Assembly (NCBI GenBank): GCA_051294375.1
Contig: CM119265.1
Location: forward strand, 24,549,605 to 24,613,604
Origin: Paraspadella gotoi
Lineage: Eukaryota > Animalia > Chaetognatha
Reading direction: 5' to 3'
DNA length: 64,000 bases
Shown: piece after piece, positions 1 through 12,100 of the stretch
How positions within the stretch are numbered: position 1 is the stretch's first letter
How the letters are laid out: every line of letters begins with the position of its first letter
Notes under the pieces: model-generated
Seen by the model: only the letters and a program-made list of their open reading frames with translations
Told to the model about the DNA's origin: nothing
Databases searched by the model: none
Position numbers and translations under genes: made by a program

Positions 1-157
1 CCTTTTTTAAAAAAACATACGTAAATATTCGTCTATTTTAATTTCTTTTAAATTGTTTTGTTTTGTTTTTATCAGGAAACAACCACTTTTTCACGGGAAG
101 AGCGACGTTCAGATTTTGAAACGAAAACAACCAGGTAAAGATAAGTTGCGTCGTCAG

Positions 158-386
158 TCACCGAGTCTGATGCTGCGCTTGTCGCTGCGCCTGACGCTAC
201 CCCTGCCGCTGCTCCTGTCACCGAGCCGGTCACGGTTCAAAGGGCGACGATTAAGATCAAACTCAAGCTCAGCGGCGCCGCCTACGGTGCTGATTCCGCC
301 TACGGTGCTGATTCCGCCTACGGTGCTGCTGTTGACACTGCAGCAAGTGCAATTCTATTCTTGAGATCATTAAAAGAAGACAAATA
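158..386 (+). CDS. possible terminal coding exon, Ala-rich with an AYGADS repeat (unknown protein)
   Basis: A frame not in the ORF track reads VTESDAALVAAPDATPAAAPVTEPVTVQRATIKIKLKLSGAAYGADSAYGADSAYGAAVDTAASAILFLRSLKEDK* after cag at ~155-157. GC-rich block in AT-rich context; no family recognised. Confidence 0.25.
278..328. repeat. 18-bp tandem repeat (ccgcctacggtgctgatt) x~3
   Basis: Directly visible. Confidence 0.85.
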
Positions 387-937
387 ACGAGAAAAAAATC
401 AAATTAAACGGCGCAAATCGCGAAATATTAAGTTGTAAATTTTTCGGAACGAAATAAAAAGGTAAGAGTACAGTATTCATTTTTTTTTTATTTGGTTTTA
501 ACCGAGCGCCTTGTGTGAAACGACAGAAATGATTAATCACATTTTCATACGATCACACTATTTACTTAAGTTTAATTTCTCAATAGATGCTAGTGGCAAT
601 GTATATTCCCTGTCTATTTTTCAGATTTAAATTTTCTAAATTGAATTCACAAATTGTCGTTTTGTTTGTTTTTCATTTCTTCGCTTTACCTTTAGCGACG
701 TATTTGAAAAGCGCCATCGGGAGGATTTTCGCTTTCCGACTGGAGGAGCGATAGTAGCGTTGTTGTTCGTAGCGCTGGTAGGACATCTACAGTGCGGGTC
801 GAGGCTTAAATCAGTCGGAATGTAGTTGACCGATTTAAACCAGTTTTCAAGACAAAAATATAATTTTTGTTTTTTTGTGTTGTTTTTCTTTGTTTTCCCC
901 TTTTTAGAGGGGATCATCGTTTTTGACCCTCCGCGCC

Positions 938-990
<53 letters not shown>

Positions 991-2475
991 GAGAGATAGA
1001 GAGGGACCCGCGCCCTATTTTTTTTTAATGTCTCCCTCGACGGTTTACATGATATTTTTTTTTTTGGCGAAGATAAAAACAAAACCGGATTCGAGGAAAC
1101 AAATGATTTCGTGGGAGATTTTTGGCGTCGTCAGTGACGGAGGCGCGAAAAGGGGGATTGGCGCAGAGGACAGTGGCGCGGAGGTGGAGGGGGGTCAGGT
1201 GTGGCGTAGAGATCGAGCTTGGCGCATGAGATCGAGTGGGTTTGAGGGGGTCGGGTTATTATTTCGCTTAGATTTTTTCTTGGTCAGTTTTTTTTTCTGA
1301 GGGCCAGCGTCAATGAAGGGGACATCGCGAGAGCTTATTTGACCGACGAAGACGACAACGACGACGACGACGACAACGACGACGGAAATTGAGATGACGA
1401 GGCGGATTCTCGGTGACAAAAGAGGAGGAAGATTCACGCGGAATCGACACTCGTCAGACTGACAGACCGACCGACCGACCGACCAACGCAGCGACGAAAC
1501 GATCACTGAAAAAATGTAAAACATCACGAAACGTCGTTGTCGTTGTCGTTGTGGTCATACATTTTTTCCTGTCCGGTTTGATTAGGTCTTTTTCCGACCG
1601 TGAACAGAGGTAAAGCAAGCTGCTTTTGCTGATGAGAAGTATTATTCAATTGTAATTTTAATGAAACTTCCCGTCTAGTTATAAATATTTTATTTTAACA
1701 GTCAAATCCTACCTTTTAAAAAAAATTGATCATAAGAAATCGTTTCTTCCTTTTTATGAATCTTAATATTAATTATTTCCTTTTTCAAATTAACAATACG
1801 ATAAAAAGAAACAAACGGACAATGATGTTCGTAACGCCCGAGGGAGGCGCTTTGAAGTCCAGTAGATCTATCAGGAAACAAAAGAACAAGGCTCTTTCTT
1901 TGTTTGTAAAAAGAATCAATAAATCCTTGTATTGTTGCCAAGTCTCTCTTGCAAAAGACGGCAAACTCTCGCTAATTACACGTAACTTAAAATCTTTTCT
2001 CCGTGGAGCTTACAAGTTGCTTGGGATATATATTATTAAAATTATTTAAGATTCGAAAAACAATAATCTTAAGTAGCTTATTCACAGTTATTCACACAAT
2101 ATTAAGTCCGTCTGTCCGAAAGCGTCCATACATCTTGTAATGCCTCGAAACGATTGTGAATTGTGAAAGTTTTTCCGCATAAAAACCTTGTCTTCACATA
2201 TAATTAAAAGCTGCTATAATCTAATAATGAATTCGCAAAAAAAAAAAGCACCCGTTTGAAATTGCCAAGAGTTGTTAGTTTCAGTAGATATTTTGAAAGA
2301 ACGCAACATAAAAATAAAAGACAGGCTTCAAACGTAGCTCAAGATGCAATTTGACCAAAGGAAGAAATCATTTTCCTTCACGTTGGACGGTGAATGCTGC
2401 TGTCACTAAAGTAGACTCGAAGCCATCTTTATCACGTGCAATCAAATTAAGACTCAACAATGAGGTCTCACTTAC

Positions 2476-2493
2476 CATCTCCGAGCTCTCTGT
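2476..2493 (-). CDS. 18-nt micro-exon (DRELGD) of an orphan gene
   Basis: ttttcag|ACAGAGAGCTCGGAGATG|gtaagt; phase 1-1 matches exon 2832-2956. Confidence 0.45.
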
Positions 2494-2831
2494 CTGAAAA
2501 GAAAAGCGGAAAAAACGAATTCATGCAAACTTCGCGTTTTGTACAATGAAGAGCATCGCGCGGTCGTTAAGAAATGTCACTTGGTTTCACAGCCAATTCT
2601 GCGCGGATTCTGAGTTTCACAAAGACTCCGTGGATTAAATGTTAAAAGATATCAAATTACTTTGAAAGTTTGAACCGCAAAAATCTTTCAAATTTGTTAG
2701 CCGCATTGCGTCAAAAAAACTACGCGCGTTTCTAATTTTAGTTTTGGTTTTTTTTTCATTCAAAACGGGAAAAGAAATGCCAACAAAATGGCGATGGCTC
2801 GAAAAAAAAAAGTGAGTTGACGTGAACTCAC

Positions 2832-2956
2832 CGTCCTGTGAAGGCCCTTGATATCCTTGTGGTTGATTCGCTTTCTCCATATCTTCGTCGAAGAGGTGGA
2901 CAGTCTGAAGAACGGGTCCGTTTGGGTGATTGTCGCTCAGCTGCTCCAGGGTGAAG
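2832..2956 (-). CDS. internal exon of orphan gene (FTLEQLSDNHPNGPVLQTVHLFDEDMEKANQPQGYQGPSQD)
   Basis: ccag acceptor, gtgag donor, open frame, exon-like GC content. Only a faint resemblance to calponin/transgelin motifs (FTEEQL, VFQTVDLYE). Confidence 0.5.
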
Positions 2957-4124
2957 CTGGGTGCGGAAATCATGAGAAAAAAAGCAATAGTTTGTTCGTT
3001 CAGATTTCGTTTTGATTCCCGTTCGTTTATAAATTTCAACAATTCAATCCTTTCGCTATTTCCGAAGCAAAATGAAAACGAGGCTGGAGGTCATTTTTAG
3101 TCGACGTCGGGACTTTTACGATTATTTGGGCTGATGCGACGGACTAAAGACATATATACATCGTGTCAGTATGACATACTGATCCAATGCTACCAGCAGT
3201 TAGGGGGAAAAAATCCTCTGCCCAAAGAATCGACTGAGTTGAATCAATAAGAAACTGAAGCTTCGTTTGTCAACTAAATCTCGATCGGAGTCAAACACAA
3301 GTTCGCGCCTTATTTTCCCTGAACGCCCAATTTTATCTTAATTTTTGAAATTAAATTATTTTTTTTTAAAATTAAAATTAAGCTAAGGTTAAATATTAGT
3401 TGAGGTTACTAATCAAGGTTCGGGACCTGGTTGTGAGTAGGAGTAGGGATCAGTGACTAGAGTTAGAGATTAGGGTTAAAGATTGGTTTATAAGTTTAAA
3501 TAAATACTCTGGATAAACGAAAGAAATAGGGAATTCTCTCGGTAAAAGTGAGCCCCTGTAGAAAGTTTACCTTTCACACTCTAAGAACTCGATACCTTTC
3601 AAAGGGAACATAATTTTTGTCACCTAAGGAGCTCAAAAAATCTCAAAATATTTACGCCGCTCCTTTTAGCTGTCACATCCGGTCAGCTTTATGTTTTTTC
3701 ATTGCATACGTTTGCCCTTCCTTACCTTTCTTATTACTTATCTGTTATTGACCATAGCAACGAATACAAATACGTAATCCAAATCGAGCGACACCATTTG
3801 CTTATTGCTTACCTTACTTTTTACATTAAGGATCCGATACGTTACTCAAAAGTTCCTTATAGCTCATCCAGGAATTAGACTCTAAAAGACTTTTTTTAAT
3901 TCCAACCCAAACGTTGACTTACCTCTCTAAGTATCCCTATCCCGTTCGTCCAACGACCTTACCTTTCCGCGGTGTTTCGACGCAGAAAAGCTGCTTCTTC
4001 CTCGGAGAAGCGATCGGCGTTGAGCGGCGTCGAATTTTCGATCCTCGCCGTCGTCGCCGTTTTTCGTCGTCGTCGTCGTCGGCGGCGTCTTTCTCTCTAT
4101 CGAGGCGCGGTCGAGACGAAGATA

Positions 4125-4202
4125 AAATATATAAAAGCACCTGTCGTTGTCGTTGTCGTTGTTCCAGTTTTTTTCGCCAGGAGGATGTCGGCAGTGACGT
4201 CA
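4125..4202. promoter_or_regulatory. TATA-like element plus full palindromic CRE (TGACGTCA at 4195-4202) in a CpG-rich block
   Basis: Motif match only. Lies next to a cluster of minus-strand AG|GTAAG donors at 3.7-3.96 kb that suggest first/UTR exons. Confidence 0.3.
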
Positions 4203-5481
4203 CCAAGGCGCGTGCGCGGGGGGAGGTGGGCGGGGCGAGAGAAGTGACTAAACCTCAATGCGCGTGCAGGGAAAGACTCTCCCGCGCTTGCGCTCTTTCT
4301 GTCTCGGCTCTTGAGAGCGCGCGCGTTGAGGGAGAGAGAGAAAGAGTCGCTCCTTCTTGGTGACAACAGATGTTGTCTCTGTCTCTCTCTCTCTCTCTTG
4401 TAGAGACTCGTTCGTTCGTCTCTTTCTCAGGTGGTGCCCGACTGTCGGTCAGTCAATCGGAAGTTGAAAAAGTCGTCGCTTTCATTTATCCTTCGTTTAA
4501 TTTTCCTTTTTTAATTTTTGGTAATAAATTTGTTTGATTTGCCTTTAAGCGAAGCTTCCGAAGCCGTGAGGTGTGTCGATTATGACTCTCTCTCTCTCTC
4601 TCACTCTTCACTTTATCGTCGTCATCATCATCTTCTCTCTCTCTCTTTATTTTTTTTTTTTTTAAGGCTCCGGTGATTGTGGTAGTCGAGATTTCTTCTC
4701 TCCTTCCTCCTCCTCTTCCTCCTCTTCCTCCTTTCCCTGTATTTCGCCGAGGAATGCGGAAGGACGATGAGGAGGGGGGGGAGAGTATGAGGAGGAGGAG
4801 GANNNNNNNNNNGAGGCCACGCAATCCTCGTTGTTTATACCGATTTTTCTATCCGACCAATGAGCGACGACTGCCGAAATCGGCGGACCAATGAAAAGCG
4901 AGGAGGAACAATCGACGACATTGGCGGCGTTTTCAAATGCAATTTTGGGTTTTTATGCGGGAAAATATATAGAAATACGATGAGACGATGACAACATCAT
5001 TAAGGACGAAGAATGAGAAGTCGATAAAGGGATGAAAACTTAGAAGAAAAATGTTTTGACATTCGAAATTATACATGGCTAAATGTTGAGGGTTTTCTTT
5101 TTTTCGGCAGTTCGATTTTAGAGGTCATTTTGACATGATCTGGGCGAATGAACGAGGGAGAATGTTATGAGGTTAAAATTATAGTTTTTTTTAAACGGTT
5201 TAAATAAAAATCTTTTTTTAGATTAACTTAAAGATATTCTAGAAATTTTGGTTGATGCAAATATACATTTCACGTTTCAGGTTTCACATTTCATTTCACA
5301 TTTTGCGGACATGGTGAATTGGTGATTGATGATTGGTTTTACAATTTTCTAAGCTCACATTTTTTTCGGTCCCAGGTACAAATTCTGTTCAGATCAAATC
5401 GTGTAAATACTTTCTTTCGTTGTGTTTGTGACTTGAAGAAAGTTTGATTTTAATTTTGAACAACGAATTTTTTTTATTGTT

Positions 5482-5523
5482 AATGGGTATGTTTCGACTT
5501 TATAACAAGTCTTCATCAGCACT
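5482..5523 (-). ncRNA. minimal hammerhead motif, probably inactive copy
   Basis: Minus strand reads GTG CTGATGA AGACTT gttata AAGTC GAAAC ATACC; the cleavage triplet is ACC rather than NUH. Confidence 0.6.
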
Positions 5524-5554
5524 TGTGAATTCACAATTTTTTTCACATTTCACA

Positions 5555-5596
5555 AGTGCTGATGAAGACTTGTACCAAAGTCGAAACATGTCCATT
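5555..5596 (+). ncRNA. minimal type I hammerhead ribozyme (PLE-type)
   Basis: Core CTGATGA (5559-5565), stem II GACTT/AAGTC, GAAA, palindromic minimal stem III ACATGT, GUC cleavage triplet at 5590-5592, short stem I AGTG/CATT. Confidence 0.75.
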
Positions 5597-7254
5597 AACA
5601 ATAAAAAAATTAAAATTAAAATCAAACTTTCTCTAAGATCAAATCGTTAAAATTCCTCCTCCGCGAATAAAATTCAAACTTTGATCTCAATTCTATATCA
5701 ATATCATTTTATAGTTTTATACAAATCTATATATCTGTTTGTGCCTCTGTAGTTTTGATCACGTTGGCTGACTTTAGTTCTTATTTAAATAACGTTCAGT
5801 TTTTGGAACAGGTTGGCGAGTTTATTTATCAACAAACAATTTGGCGACGAGGAACGGAGATAAAATGTTTGTTTCATAAAAACGAGGTGTGAAATTAATT
5901 CTTTAATTTCGAGATTAAAATATAAAAACGTGAGAATAAAATCAATTAAAAATAAACCCCAACGGCGAGAGGTAAAAATGTTGAACGTTCTAGAGGCAAC
6001 GAATTTCTCTCTCTGGACGTTTCTAACATTAAAAATAATCATGATCTTCTTCACATTCGATACTTTTCTTAGCGGGAAACGGACGAGGCAGAACCCAGAT
6101 ATTAACTCGTCGGCGAGTCCCACGGCCACGGTCGTGTCTAGTCATGACCGGCGTAACAATATCCGTGTTTGTTTTATTTACCGAATGAAATGATCGATCA
6201 TCTTCGAATACTCCCCCCCCCACCTCGCCAAAAGAAAGGAAGTTTCCCACCTTTTCTTTTATACTTTCCCTTAGTTTAAATCAAGCTCAGTTTAAAAAAA
6301 AAAGCAAAATTCCCGTATTCAACACGGAACGGGGAAAAGAGCCGGAACGCCCCGCCGCTTTTAGAACTCGGCTCTCATTTTTTTTTTCCATGATCCACTT
6401 TGCATGTGGTCCGAACTTCCGAGGTTCGACTCTGCGGGAAAATTTTTTTTTTCTTTCTCTCGTTGAAGACAACGCGAAGAAAAATCGGATTAAAAATGGT
6501 TTTGTGTCCGAGGATCTTTTGGAGTTGTGTTTGTCGTTTTGGTTTCGTGGCTACTAGTCACTCAAGTTTCCCCTGAATTCACTATAAAATTAAATATACT
6601 TCACCTTGTGGAACCCTTTTTCTAAACAGTTCTATTATAGCATTTTAAGCTAGAAAAGGTATCAAATTTGTTTTTGTTTATGTTATGTTAAAATATTACG
6701 ACCGAGTTTACAAAGGGCTTTGAGAAAACTTTTGCCTATAAAAGGTTTTCAGCATTTTCGTTGTCTTTGCTTGCCCTTCATTGTGACAATTGCTAGCAGA
6801 CGAAATACCTTAGATGATTTCCTTAAAAAAGTTTTTTTTTTAGATTGAGTCCCGCAAATAAAGCGACGACATCGATATTTTTAAAACTAACTAAAGTACT
6901 TTTACTGAAGTATGCAAATTATATTTTAAGATATTACGAAATACTTTGGGTTATTTATTCAAACTGAAGCATTTAACTAGCAGGTCTTTTGAATAGTGTA
7001 TGCATTCTGCCTGACTTTCTTCTAGAAAATACTTTACATTATCACTTTGAGCGGGGGATCTGTTCGTTTAGTTTGGTTAGCCATAAAGTCAAATAAAATG
7101 AAAGAGAAATTCAGATTCTTCTGAAAAAAAAAGTAGAATCTCTACGCGGCTCGTTCGAATGAGACAGAATCATATACAAATTAACAATCTTAAACCAAAC
7201 TTTACAAATAAAGCCAAAAAAAAAAAGCAATATACAATTTATACATTGAGAATT

Positions 7255-8721
7255 TCAAGGCATTCCTCTCTCCTTCCAAATGTATTCGCAAATAAAATTC
7301 ATCTCTTCGTTCCCCACATCGTTCCACCTCAACCCGGAATCCCCGCCCTTCATCTGCAGATAGTCTTCACCCTTTCCGCCCCCATTGTCCGGCTGTCCGT
7401 CTCCCCAGTCCGTCCACCTCATCCTCTTCCATCCTTGACTCGTGATCCACGACCAGGCGCCTTCCCCGTGTTCGTCCGTGGCGCCCATCGCCCAGTCTCG
7501 CTCGGCGCCGCCACGACGCCGAATTTGACGCCGAAGAAACTCGTTCTCCTCTCGCGTCTCGGCGGCGACGAGGCTGGCGCCGCGGGTCGAGCAGAACGCC
7601 TGTGCTTCGTGGACTGTCATCAGGCGGTCGTCGTCGTCGGCGAAAAGGTAACAGGCGTCGGCGTCTGGCGAATCTGCGAAACACTCGAAACCTTCGGGTC
7701 GACAGGCGCCGGTGTTGGGATCAGGCGTTAGCGGGGGCGCGGTCTTGTCCGCCGAGGCGGCGCGAGCGGCATCGCACCGGCAGGAGAATCCGCCGACGCC
7801 ATCGACGCAGGTTGCCGACGCGTGACATGCATCGGGACGGAGGCACTCGTCGATGTCGACGCAGACTTTGTCTTCTCGGCGCCGGAATCCCGGCAAACAG
7901 ACGCAGAAAGCGGCGCCGTTAGAAGCGTCGCAAGTGGCGTTGGCGCCGCAGGGAAAGTCGGTGCAGGGACCCGGCGGAGCAGCGGGTAGGGAAAAGAGGG
8001 TAAGTTCGTCTGGACGGCAGAAAACGTCGTCGTCGTCGTTGTAGCTGTTGTTGTCTTCCACTTCGGTCCCCCTCACTCTACACTCTCGACAAAACGTCCC
8101 GTTTCCTCTGTACCCTTTCGCGCATGCGCAAGAGAACGAGCAGAGCGTATCGACGCATTCGGCGTGGGCGTGGCACGGAGACGACGCGCATTCGTCCCGC
8201 AGACGACACGCCTTCAATCGCCATCGAAATTCGTCGAGCATTCGCGTCATTGAATCGAGAATTCGACGAGCGAATCGAAGATCCACCGCGGATCCAGAGG
8301 CGTCGTCTTTGTGGGCGGCGGCCGCGGCGTCCGCCAATCGCTCGCCCACGAATTCTGAGAATTCCGTCGCGTTCATCTTTTCGAGACCGACGTCGATCCG
8401 CGCCCCGGCGTCTTTACGAGAGTCAAAAACCGGCGCCCTTTCGCCGGCGGCGGCGTCGTCGGCGCCGGTTTTCGTCGTCGATCGAACGAGAAAGTAAAAG
8501 TTGGTGACGCAGAGAAGTCCGATGACGACGACGCCGACGATCGCCATGCGGCGGAGACGAGCGTACTTTCGGCGGAGCGAGGGGGCGTGGAATGGAGCGT
8601 CAGATGCGGCGACGGAGGCCGAGGTCGGGAGCGGAACGGAGCGAGGTGGGCGGACGAAAGTGAAGTTGGACATGGACTCGATGGAACAGTCGTGGAGAGT
8701 GATGTTCTCCGGCGCCGTCAT
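7255..8721 (-). CDS. single-exon type II membrane protein with three EGF-like domains and a C-terminal C-type lectin domain
   Basis: 488-aa ORF: basic residues then a hydrophobic segment (MAIVGVVVIGLLCVTNFYFLV); EGF motifs DECASSPC..CVDT..FSCACAKGYRGNG, CVCLPGF, DIDEC..CVDGVGGFSCRC; CTLD with CY.F, EAQAFC, WAMGATD, WSW, QPD, WND, FICE. Confidence 0.92.
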   Translation of the reverse strand: MTAPENITLHDCSIESMSNFTFVRPPRSVPLPTSASVAASDAPFHAPSLRRKYARLRRMAIVGVVVIGLLCVTNFYFLVRSTTKTGADDAAAGERAPVFDSRKDAGARIDVGLEKMNATEFSEFVGERLADAAAAAHKDDASGSAVDLRFARRILDSMTRMLDEFRWRLKACRLRDECASSPCHAHAECVDTLCSFSCACAKGYRGNGTFCRECRVRGTEVEDNNSYNDDDDVFCRPDELTLFSLPAAPPGPCTDFPCGANATCDASNGAAFCVCLPGFRRREDKVCVDIDECLRPDACHASATCVDGVGGFSCRCDAARAASADKTAPPLTPDPNTGACRPEGFECFADSPDADACYLFADDDDRLMTVHEAQAFCSTRGASLVAAETREENEFLRRQIRRRGGAERDWAMGATDEHGEGAWSWITSQGWKRMRWTDWGDGQPDNGGGKGEDYLQMKGGDSGLRWNDVGNEEMNFICEYIWKERGMP

Positions 8722-9154
8722 TGTTCGTCGAGGTTATTTATCGGGAGGTGAGGTTTTCGAGTTGGTTTTAAGGATTTTATGGCGGNNNNNNNNNNNNNNT
8801 TTTTACATCTTTTTATAGTTTTTTTATCTTTTCTTGGCCACCAGTTCTTTATTATTTTTTTTAAGGTGGTAAGTGTATGTTTTAAGTGCGTTTGTGGGTT
8901 AGGTTTTAAGCGATTTATTGTCGATTGGGTGAGTAAGTTATTTTTTCACATTATTTTTTTAACCGTTTTCGGGAAAAGTTTTTTTTTTTCCAATTTGAAG
9001 TCCAGTATTTCTTTGAATCTTCAGTTCTATTTTTTAACTGCGAGGATAAAAAAATATTGGAGGTAGCGAATGTTTGAGAAAGAAGAGAGACAATGTATGA
9101 AAATAGGAAATGACTTCAGTCAGAGCGATGAGAGATGAGAGGAGAGAGAGAGAG

Positions 9155-12100
9155 ATGATGATGATTGATGATATTAAGCATGATTTACTAAAAACGGCGG
9201 CGGGATGAGGAGAAAACAGCCCTTAGGCGATCCTATGCGGGCCCTCTAGGGGTTCTTATTCGCCAAATAAAACTTTCGTGCGCGCCCCCGGCGGTGTCGT
9301 TACCGCTTTAACGTTTAATACGTTAAAATCTATCGATTGGTAAGAATATCGAAGTTAGATTTAAGAAAAAATAACATAGGGTATTGAAAAAATTACTGTG
9401 TAGGGATCCTAACTTGACAATACATTAAAAAAAAAAAAAAAAGCGAGCCCGCGGGCGGGTCTTACCGCAAAACTACTATCACTATTTCTATTCATGTAAG
9501 TTATTTGTGCCACAATTTCTTTGCCTTTCTACTCTTTAGTTTTTACTTACATTCTACCAATGAGGCAACGTTTTTTGAATTAATCTACGAAACAATTGTG
9601 ATTAGAATAGTGTTATCATTTAAAAACGAAATTTAAATTAACAGAAGCTTAAAGATATTAAATATTAACCATATTTGGCTAAATATTAGAGTTTTATGAA
9701 CTCGCAACCACGCGTCAATAACTTTTATAAAAGTTTCTTGGGACACCGAAACAAGAATATTATTTCTAAGGAGAAGAAATATACGAGATATAACTGTCGC
9801 ATCAAATTTTAATTTATTAGTTACAAGAACGAGTTTTTGCTTCCCCAAGAATTGGAGATGATGTTGCGCGCCAGTCTTTTTAGATGATCTTTAGAACTGG
9901 CGTGTCGATGGCTGGCCGGATATCGATATTGGCATGAAGAGACAGGCTCCTTGTATGGAGTTGGTTTAACTTCGATGGGATCCAGTTTATTACAGCTTAG
10001 CACTGTCTTGTTAAGTTTCCGGTTTGTTTTGTTCTCAAACAATGTCCTCATGTTCCCTTATCAGTTCCTTTATATGACACCTTTTTGTACATGTCGAGTC
10101 AGACGTCTCCAAAGCAAATGCCTTTAGATGTGACTTAATGCATTCTCACCTTGTGCTGTCCAGGACCTGTTCTGATGCTATGTATTTTGGTATGTTGTAT
10201 GCAAAGCCTGAGCATATTGTTTTGCGAGTATTTTTCTTATTTGGCCCAGTGTACTGTCGGACATATGGGAGAAAGCACTATGCCGCTTCCATATTCGCAA
10301 AAAGGAGTTCCGATTCATGATGTTAGCCAGATTATGCACTAATGTTCGGACGAATTCGGATTTAGTTTATGAATTCTTTCTCAGAATGCCTAATCTCTGA
10401 TTGGCCTTGCCTAATTACGCAGTTTATATTTTCCTTCCCAGGAGTTTTGGTCTAGTTGTTAAGCCAAGGAGGTAACTTCTCTGACAACTTTCACTTTACT
10501 ACCAAATATGGCTTGATATTTATATCCACGTCAAGATGCGTTTGCAGCCTGCCCTAAAAAAGATGACATATGATTTTTGCTGGGGATAATTGAGTCTCCA
10601 ATTTTTTACACCCACTATTCCAGCTTGGTTTTAGATGACTTTGCATTATTTGTACTTTTGCACAATGGATGATCCGCAACTACCCAAGCCGCCTGATCGT
10701 TTCTGCAAACTGAGATGGATTTGTTTTCTTCGACCTATCAAAGATGTCTGTCTGTGTGTGAGTTGAATATGTCCGGCTTATCACTCCACCCTGTGGCGTT
10801 CCTGCACTGGATAGTATCCAGGGATTTGATTTTTTTCATAGACTATTATGCTTCGGTCCGTTAAGAAAGTGGCTTTACTTATTCTTAGCATCCTCTGGTG
10901 GCATGTTTTTTCTCATCCATTTATACGGGAGTCCGTTTCCACCAAAAGGTTGGTAAATGCAGCTCTACATCAAGAAAAAGCCGACAACACACTTTTTTGC
11001 CTTGAATGCCTGATAAATGTCTCTGTCAGTCGAAAAGAGATGGTCCGTGGGGCTTCGCGGTTTTTCTTTAACCACTTTGTAACTATTTCTCATGTTGCGG
11101 GCATCTAGGCTCTTCTCGTCAATCTTGGTTTAAGAAGTCTTTTCAAAGATCTTACCCAACGCAAGATTAGAAGGCTGATTGGTCTGTGGTTTTTTGCCCA
11201 GATAAATCTTTCCCTTTTTTGGAAGGGTTATCAATTTTTGCCCTTTCCATACTTTGGGAATAGCCGCGATTCCAACAGAGGCTTGTACTACGGAAGCAGT
11301 AGTGTGAGTTCTTGCCCCCCTCAGGTAGATTTTTAACCATTTTGGTAGGTTACTCCCGTCTTTCGCGGGTGCTGATTTATTTTGGCAGCACTTCAGGGCC
11401 ATATCTAATTCCCCTCTGTGAAGTCACTCTCTCCGGATCTTCCTTAATTCATTGCAATTCAATGGTGTTAACCTTTCTTTGTTTTTCTCACAAAAATTAT
11501 TCTACTGTGATGTCCCATTTCACTACTGAACAGCGGGATCCAGGTCGGGGATGTGTATGTGGATTTCAACCTCTCTGCGATGAACCTTCGGCTCTGTCGT
11601 TATCACCAATTGCCTCTGTTCCATCTTCTTCGAATCAGTGTTCGTGGCAATTCCACTTCCACCTGATCTAAGTTTGCAATATTTCTTGTAGATTCCCCAC
11701 TTGACATTGCAGTCTTGCGTCTGCGCCATTTTTTCTACTTTGTGGCCAGTACTGCTTCACATTCTTCTTTAATAAGATTTTTGACTTTCTTCCACTTACT
11801 TAGATTGTTAATTATTCTTCTTAATTTGTCGTCACCAGTCAGTTCTCCTTCGATAATTTCGTGAATTTTTCTTTTAAACGAGATCAGTGCTTCGAGATTC
11901 TCTTGAATAGATCGATACCATTTTTTGTTTTATACTTTGACTTACAAGATTTCTCAAACTTATCTTGACAGATGTCTGAAAATCTTTACCACACCAATCT
12001 TTCAATTTTCATTGTTCTCATATTTTCATTGACTGCTAATTTTGTTTTTTCTTTTTCAAGTTCTTCCCGAAATCTCGACCAAACTTATTTCTTTTTGAGT

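Larger units (their letters stand above)
5437..5632. mobile_element. Penelope-like (PLE) pLTR-derived inverted repeat carrying two hammerhead motifs
   Basis: ~85-95 bp arms (5437-5529 vs 5549-5632) are near-perfect reverse complements; each has CTGATGA...GAAAC followed by AATAAA. Confidence 0.7.

Noticed and set aside
636-1300. ORFs with SLSLSL/RERERE runs (also many at 43-63 kb)
   Set aside because: Translations of (GA)n/(CT)n microsatellites.
3380-3490. Telomere-like GGTTAG repeats (also CTAACC-like at 36780-36900)
   Set aside because: Too degenerate; common dispersed simple-sequence motif.
7159-8818. Plus-strand and alternative-frame ORFs over the lectin gene
   Set aside because: Antisense shadows of a GC-rich CDS.
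9427-9460. Poly(A) plus GC palindrome as LINE tail or intrinsic terminator
   Set aside because: Poly(A) is on the wrong strand for this LINE, and bacterial terminators are not expected here.
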